This document shows positions 60,882 through 64,000 of a stretch of DNA of 64,000 nt, piece by piece. The DNA lies in the NCBI GenBank assembly GCA_963761335.1, contig CAVXGR010000012.1:544001-608000 (forward strand), given 5' to 3'. Position numbers and translations under genes: made by a program. Within the stretch, counting starts at the first letter, position 1. Every line of letters begins with the position of its first letter. The notes beneath the pieces are model-generated. The model was given only the letters and a program-made list of their open reading frames with translations. It ran no database searches and was not told the origin of the DNA. Source of the DNA: an uncultured delta proteobacterium. GTDB taxonomy: Bacteria > Desulfobacterota > Binatia > HRBIN30 > BPIQ01.

Positions 60882-61834
60882 ACTTCGCCGCCCCCGCAGC
60901 GCGCGACGCCGCCGGGCGCGCTGCAAGCCGCCGCGACAAGCTCGAGCTACTCGGATTTCGCCTGGCCCTGGGGGCCTTCCGCAGCCTGCCGCGCCGCACC
61001 GCTCTGCGTCTCGGGGCGCGGCTCGGCGAGATCGCCTGTCGGCTCGACGCCAAGGATCGCCGGGTCGCGCTCCTCAACCTGCGCATCGCCTTTCCAGAGC
61101 GCAGCGAGATCCAGCGCCGCGCCATCCTGAGCGCCAGCCTCCGCAACCTCGGACGCACCGCCGCCGAGATCTGCCACCTCGGCTCGCTCACCGCCGAGAC
61201 CCTGCCGCGCTACATTCGCTTCGCCGACCGCGAGCCCTGGGAACGCCTGCTGCGCGGCGCCGAGAGCACCGGCCTGCTGATCCTCACCGGGCACTTCGGC
61301 AACTGGGAGATGCTCGCCCATGCCCACGGCGTCCTCGGCCACCCGGTGAAACTCATATACCGCCCGATGCGCAACCCGCTGGTGGAAGCGGAGATCAGCC
61401 GCCTGCGCGGCGCCGCCGGAACCCGCGGCATTCCCAAGCGGGCGGCGGCCAAGGAGGCGATCCGCGCCATACGCAACAAGGAGATCGTCGTCATTCCGAT
61501 CGACCAGAACCAGAGCCTCGCCTTCGGCGGCTTCGTCGACTTCTTCGGCAAGCCGGCGTGCACGACCTTCGGTCTGGCCGGGCTGGCGCGCATCACCGGC
61601 GCCCCGGTGGTTCCGGCCTTCCTGGTGCGCGAGGGCGAGAGCGAGCGCCACCGGCTCGAGGTGCTGCCCCCGGTCGAGCTCATCGACAGCGGCGACCGCC
61701 GTGCCGACGCCATGGCCAACACGCAGCGCTACACGCGCATCTTCGAGGACATGGTGCGCCGCTTCCCCGAGCAGTGGATCTGGTTCCACAAGCGCTGGCG
61801 CACCCGCCCCCCCGGCGAGCCGCAGTTCTACTGA
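60878..61834 (+). CDS. Second lipid A late acyltransferase (LpxL/HtrB family); start codon unclear
   Basis: HFGNWE, DQN, FFG, PEQWIWFHKRW; CTG overlapping the ferritin stop taken as the start. Confidence 0.82.
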   Translation: MNFAAPAARDAAGRAASRRDKLELLGFRLALGAFRSLPRRTALRLGARLGEIACRLDAKDRRVALLNLRIAFPERSEIQRRAILSASLRNLGRTAAEICHLGSLTAETLPRYIRFADREPWERLLRGAESTGLLILTGHFGNWEMLAHAHGVLGHPVKLIYRPMRNPLVEAEISRLRGAAGTRGIPKRAAAKEAIRAIRNKEIVVIPIDQNQSLAFGGFVDFFGKPACTTFGLAGLARITGAPVVPAFLVREGESERHRLEVLPPVELIDSGDRRADAMANTQRYTRIFEDMVRRFPEQWIWFHKRWRTRPPGEPQFY

Positions 61835-61845
61835 AGCAGAGCGAT

Positions 61846-61953
61846 GAGAATGTAAAATGGAGAACCGGTGACCGGTGATGGAGAACTGGCAAACCGAGGT
61901 CTCATTGACCGGTTCTCCATCACCGGTCATCGGTTTTTCATTCTCCATTTCTC
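61846..61953. repeat. Long inverted repeat with 7-nt periodicity; possible terminator
   Basis: aatggagaaccggtgaccggtgatggagaac / gttctccatcaccggtcatcggtttttcatt. Confidence 0.75.
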
Positions 61954-61968
61954 CTTCATCTTCCCCGG

Positions 61969-61997
61969 TTGCACCTTCGCCACATGTTCGCTATAGG
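61969..61997 (+). promoter_or_regulatory. sigma70 promoter of lexA with a candidate LexA box
   Basis: TTGCAC-17 nt-TATAGG; the spacer contains CTTC-N7-GTTC. Confidence 0.6.
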
Positions 61998-62020
61998 ACT
62001 TGGGTCCCCCGGGAGGCGCC

Positions 62021-62641
62021 ATGTTTCTGACCAAACGCCAGAAGCAGCTCTACGATTACCTGTCCGAGTACATCACCGCCAACGGCTATGCGCCGACCTT
62101 TGAGGAGATCGGCCAGCATTTCGGGCTGTCCTCGCTGGCGACCATCCACAAGCACCTCACCAACCTCGAGCAGAAGGGCCTCATCCGGCGGCAGTGGAAC
62201 TTCAGCCGCGCCATCGAGCTGGTGCCGCAGCCGAAGAGTGCCGGCGCCGTCGAGCTGCCTCTTCTCGGCCAGGTCGCCGCCGGCCAGCCGATCGAGGCGA
62301 TCGAGACCGACGACACCATCGCCGTGCCCGATGACTTTGTGCGCGGCCAGCACACCTTCGTGCTGCGGGTGAAGGGATCCTCGATGATCGACGACGGCAT
62401 CTGGGACGGCGACTATATCATCGTCGAGGAGCGACAGGCGGCGGAGGACGGGGAGACGGCGGTGGTGCTGGTGAACGGCGAAGCGACCGTGAAGCGGCTC
62501 TATCGCGAGAAGGGCGGCCGCCTGCGGCTACAGCCGGCCAACGAGGCGATGGTCCCCATCGTGGTGCCCGCCAGAGACGTGAGCGTGCGCGGCGTGGTGG
62601 TGGCGGTGATGCGCAAGTACCGCGCCGGCCGCCACGCCTGA
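62021..62641 (+). CDS. lexA: SOS repressor LexA
   Basis: LT.RQ, PT..EI...G..S, VAAG.P cleavage site, GSSM and TVKR catalytic dyad. Confidence 0.96.
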   Translation: MFLTKRQKQLYDYLSEYITANGYAPTFEEIGQHFGLSSLATIHKHLTNLEQKGLIRRQWNFSRAIELVPQPKSAGAVELPLLGQVAAGQPIEAIETDDTIAVPDDFVRGQHTFVLRVKGSSMIDDGIWDGDYIIVEERQAAEDGETAVVLVNGEATVKRLYREKGGRLRLQPANEAMVPIVVPARDVSVRGVVVAVMRKYRAGRHA

Positions 62642-63780
62642 TGTTCTCGCTGTACGCCCACATTCCCTACTGCCGCACCATCTGCCCTTACTGCGACTTC
62701 AACGTGCACCCGGCCCGGCGCATGCCGGAGGACGCCTACGTCGAGGCGCTGGTGGGCGAGCTCGAGCACGCGGCGCGCCGGCCGCCGTGGAGCGGTGCGG
62801 CGGTGCAGAGCATTTACCTTGGCGGCGGCACTCCCTCCCTGTTTGCAGCGGCGTCGATCGAGCGCCTGCTCTCCGCCGTGCGCGGCGCCTTTCCGATCGA
62901 GGCGCCGGCGGAGATCACCCTGGAGGCAAACCCGGGGACGGTGGATCGGGAAAAGCTCGAGGCGCTGCGGGCCGCGGGGGTGACCCGCCTCAGCCTCGGG
63001 GCGCAATCGCTCTCCGCCAGGTCCCTCGAGCAGCTCGGACGCGATCACTCTCCCGAGGAGGTGCCCGAGGCGCTGGGGGCGGCGCGTCAGGCCGGATTCG
63101 GCGACGTCAACCTCGATCTGATCTTCGCCGTTCCCGGACAGACACCCGCCGACTGGGAGTGCGACCTCGAGGCGGCCTGCGCCCTTTCTCCGGACCACGT
63201 CTCGGCGTACAACCTGACCTTCGAGGAAGGAACGGCCTTCTACGCGCGGCGCTCGCGCGGCGCCCTGCATGCGGTCGGCGAAGAGGCGGAGGAGGAGATG
63301 TTCCGGCGGGCACAGGCGCGGCTCGCCGCCGCCGGCTACGAGCACTACGAGATCTCCAACTACGCGCGCCCCGGGCACCGCTCGCGGCACAACTCCAACT
63401 ACTGGAGAGGCGGCGAGTACCTGGGGATCGGCGCCGGGGCGCACTCCTTCGCCCGCCGCGGCTGGGGCGAGCGCTGGGCCAACGAACGGGATCCGCGCCG
63501 CTACATGGCGGCCATCGCCGCGGGCGGCGCGGCCACCGCCTTCTCGGAGGTGCTCAGCGAGCGACAGGCGATGGGCGAGCACGCCTTCCTCGGGCTGCGC
63601 CAGCGGGACGGCGTCGACGACGCCGCTTTTGTGGCGCGCTTCGGCGCCGCCTTCGCGGATCGCTTCCCGCAGGTGGCCGGGCTGTGCGAGGCAGGCCTCC
63701 TCGAACGGGCGCCCGGTGGCTGGCGGCTGACGCCGCGCGGCCTGATGCTGGCCGACGGCGTCTTCGCCGAGTTCGTGTGA
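62641..63780 (+). CDS. hemW: Radical SAM heme chaperone HemW (HemN-like)
   Basis: YAHIPYC...CPYCDFN, GGGTPS, YEISN, HN..YW. Confidence 0.9.
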   Translation: MFSLYAHIPYCRTICPYCDFNVHPARRMPEDAYVEALVGELEHAARRPPWSGAAVQSIYLGGGTPSLFAAASIERLLSAVRGAFPIEAPAEITLEANPGTVDREKLEALRAAGVTRLSLGAQSLSARSLEQLGRDHSPEEVPEALGAARQAGFGDVNLDLIFAVPGQTPADWECDLEAACALSPDHVSAYNLTFEEGTAFYARRSRGALHAVGEEAEEEMFRRAQARLAAAGYEHYEISNYARPGHRSRHNSNYWRGGEYLGIGAGAHSFARRGWGERWANERDPRRYMAAIAAGGAATAFSEVLSERQAMGEHAFLGLRQRDGVDDAAFVARFGAAFADRFPQVAGLCEAGLLERAPGGWRLTPRGLMLADGVFAEFV

Positions 63781-63783
63781 GGC

Positions 63784-63861
63784 AGGTTGTTAGGTTGTTG
63801 CGCTGTTCGTTGTTGGTTTCAGACCCTGATCTCACCTAACAACCCAACAACGCAACAACCT
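63784..63861. repeat. Inverted 7/8-mer repeat hairpin between convergent genes
   Basis: aggttgttaggttgttgcgctg / cctaacaacccaacaacgcaacaacct. Confidence 0.7.
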
Positions 63862-63912
63862 TCGGCTCGCGTTCGGCAAGCCCGCTTTCAACCCCCGGTC
63901 CGCCGCGGCGTC

Positions 63913-64000
63913 TCAGACGGCGATGCGGGCCGGCTGCTCGACGCGGGAGGCGGACTTCGCGGTGCCGCCGGCGGCGCGCTTCAGAGCCTCGGCCTGATCG
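63913..64000 (-). CDS. 3' end of an unidentified gene running in from beyond the window
   Basis: Open frame DQAEALKRAAGGTAKSASRVEQPARIAV-stop with host-like codons. Confidence 0.35.
   Translation of the reverse strand, partial: DQAEALKRAAGGTAKSASRVEQPARIAV

Overview
GC-rich bacterial DNA. The gene content and cyclase families suggest a Binatia/deltaproteobacterial-type diderm; this is inference, not tested. The first ~16.7 kb, just beyond the 3' end of a tRNA-Leu(TAG), is an accessory region. It holds one intact 2982-aa protein (class III nucleotide cyclase - STAND ATPase - TPR - about 12 SnoaL/NTF2-like repeats), several decayed cyclase paralogs, an AbiE-type and a YefM-YoeB toxin-antitoxin pair, and a partly duplicated RAYT-like HUH transposase bounded by 30-bp inverted repeats. 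The rest is core envelope and housekeeping DNA (ArnT-like transferase, S53 protease, trmL, dtd, L,D-transpeptidase, lgt, tamB plus an Omp85 protein, HtrA, DD-carboxypeptidase, pyrF, proS, kdsB-pyrG-kdsA-kdsD, two LpxL-like acyltransferases, lexA, hemW) with many REP-like and 7/8-mer repeats. The most striking item is an NtrY-like sensor kinase whose adjacent NtrX-like receiver is fused in frame to a complete LpxC, suggesting direct phosphorylation control of the committed step of lipid A synthesis. All family calls are from motif recognition by eye; no database searches were run.
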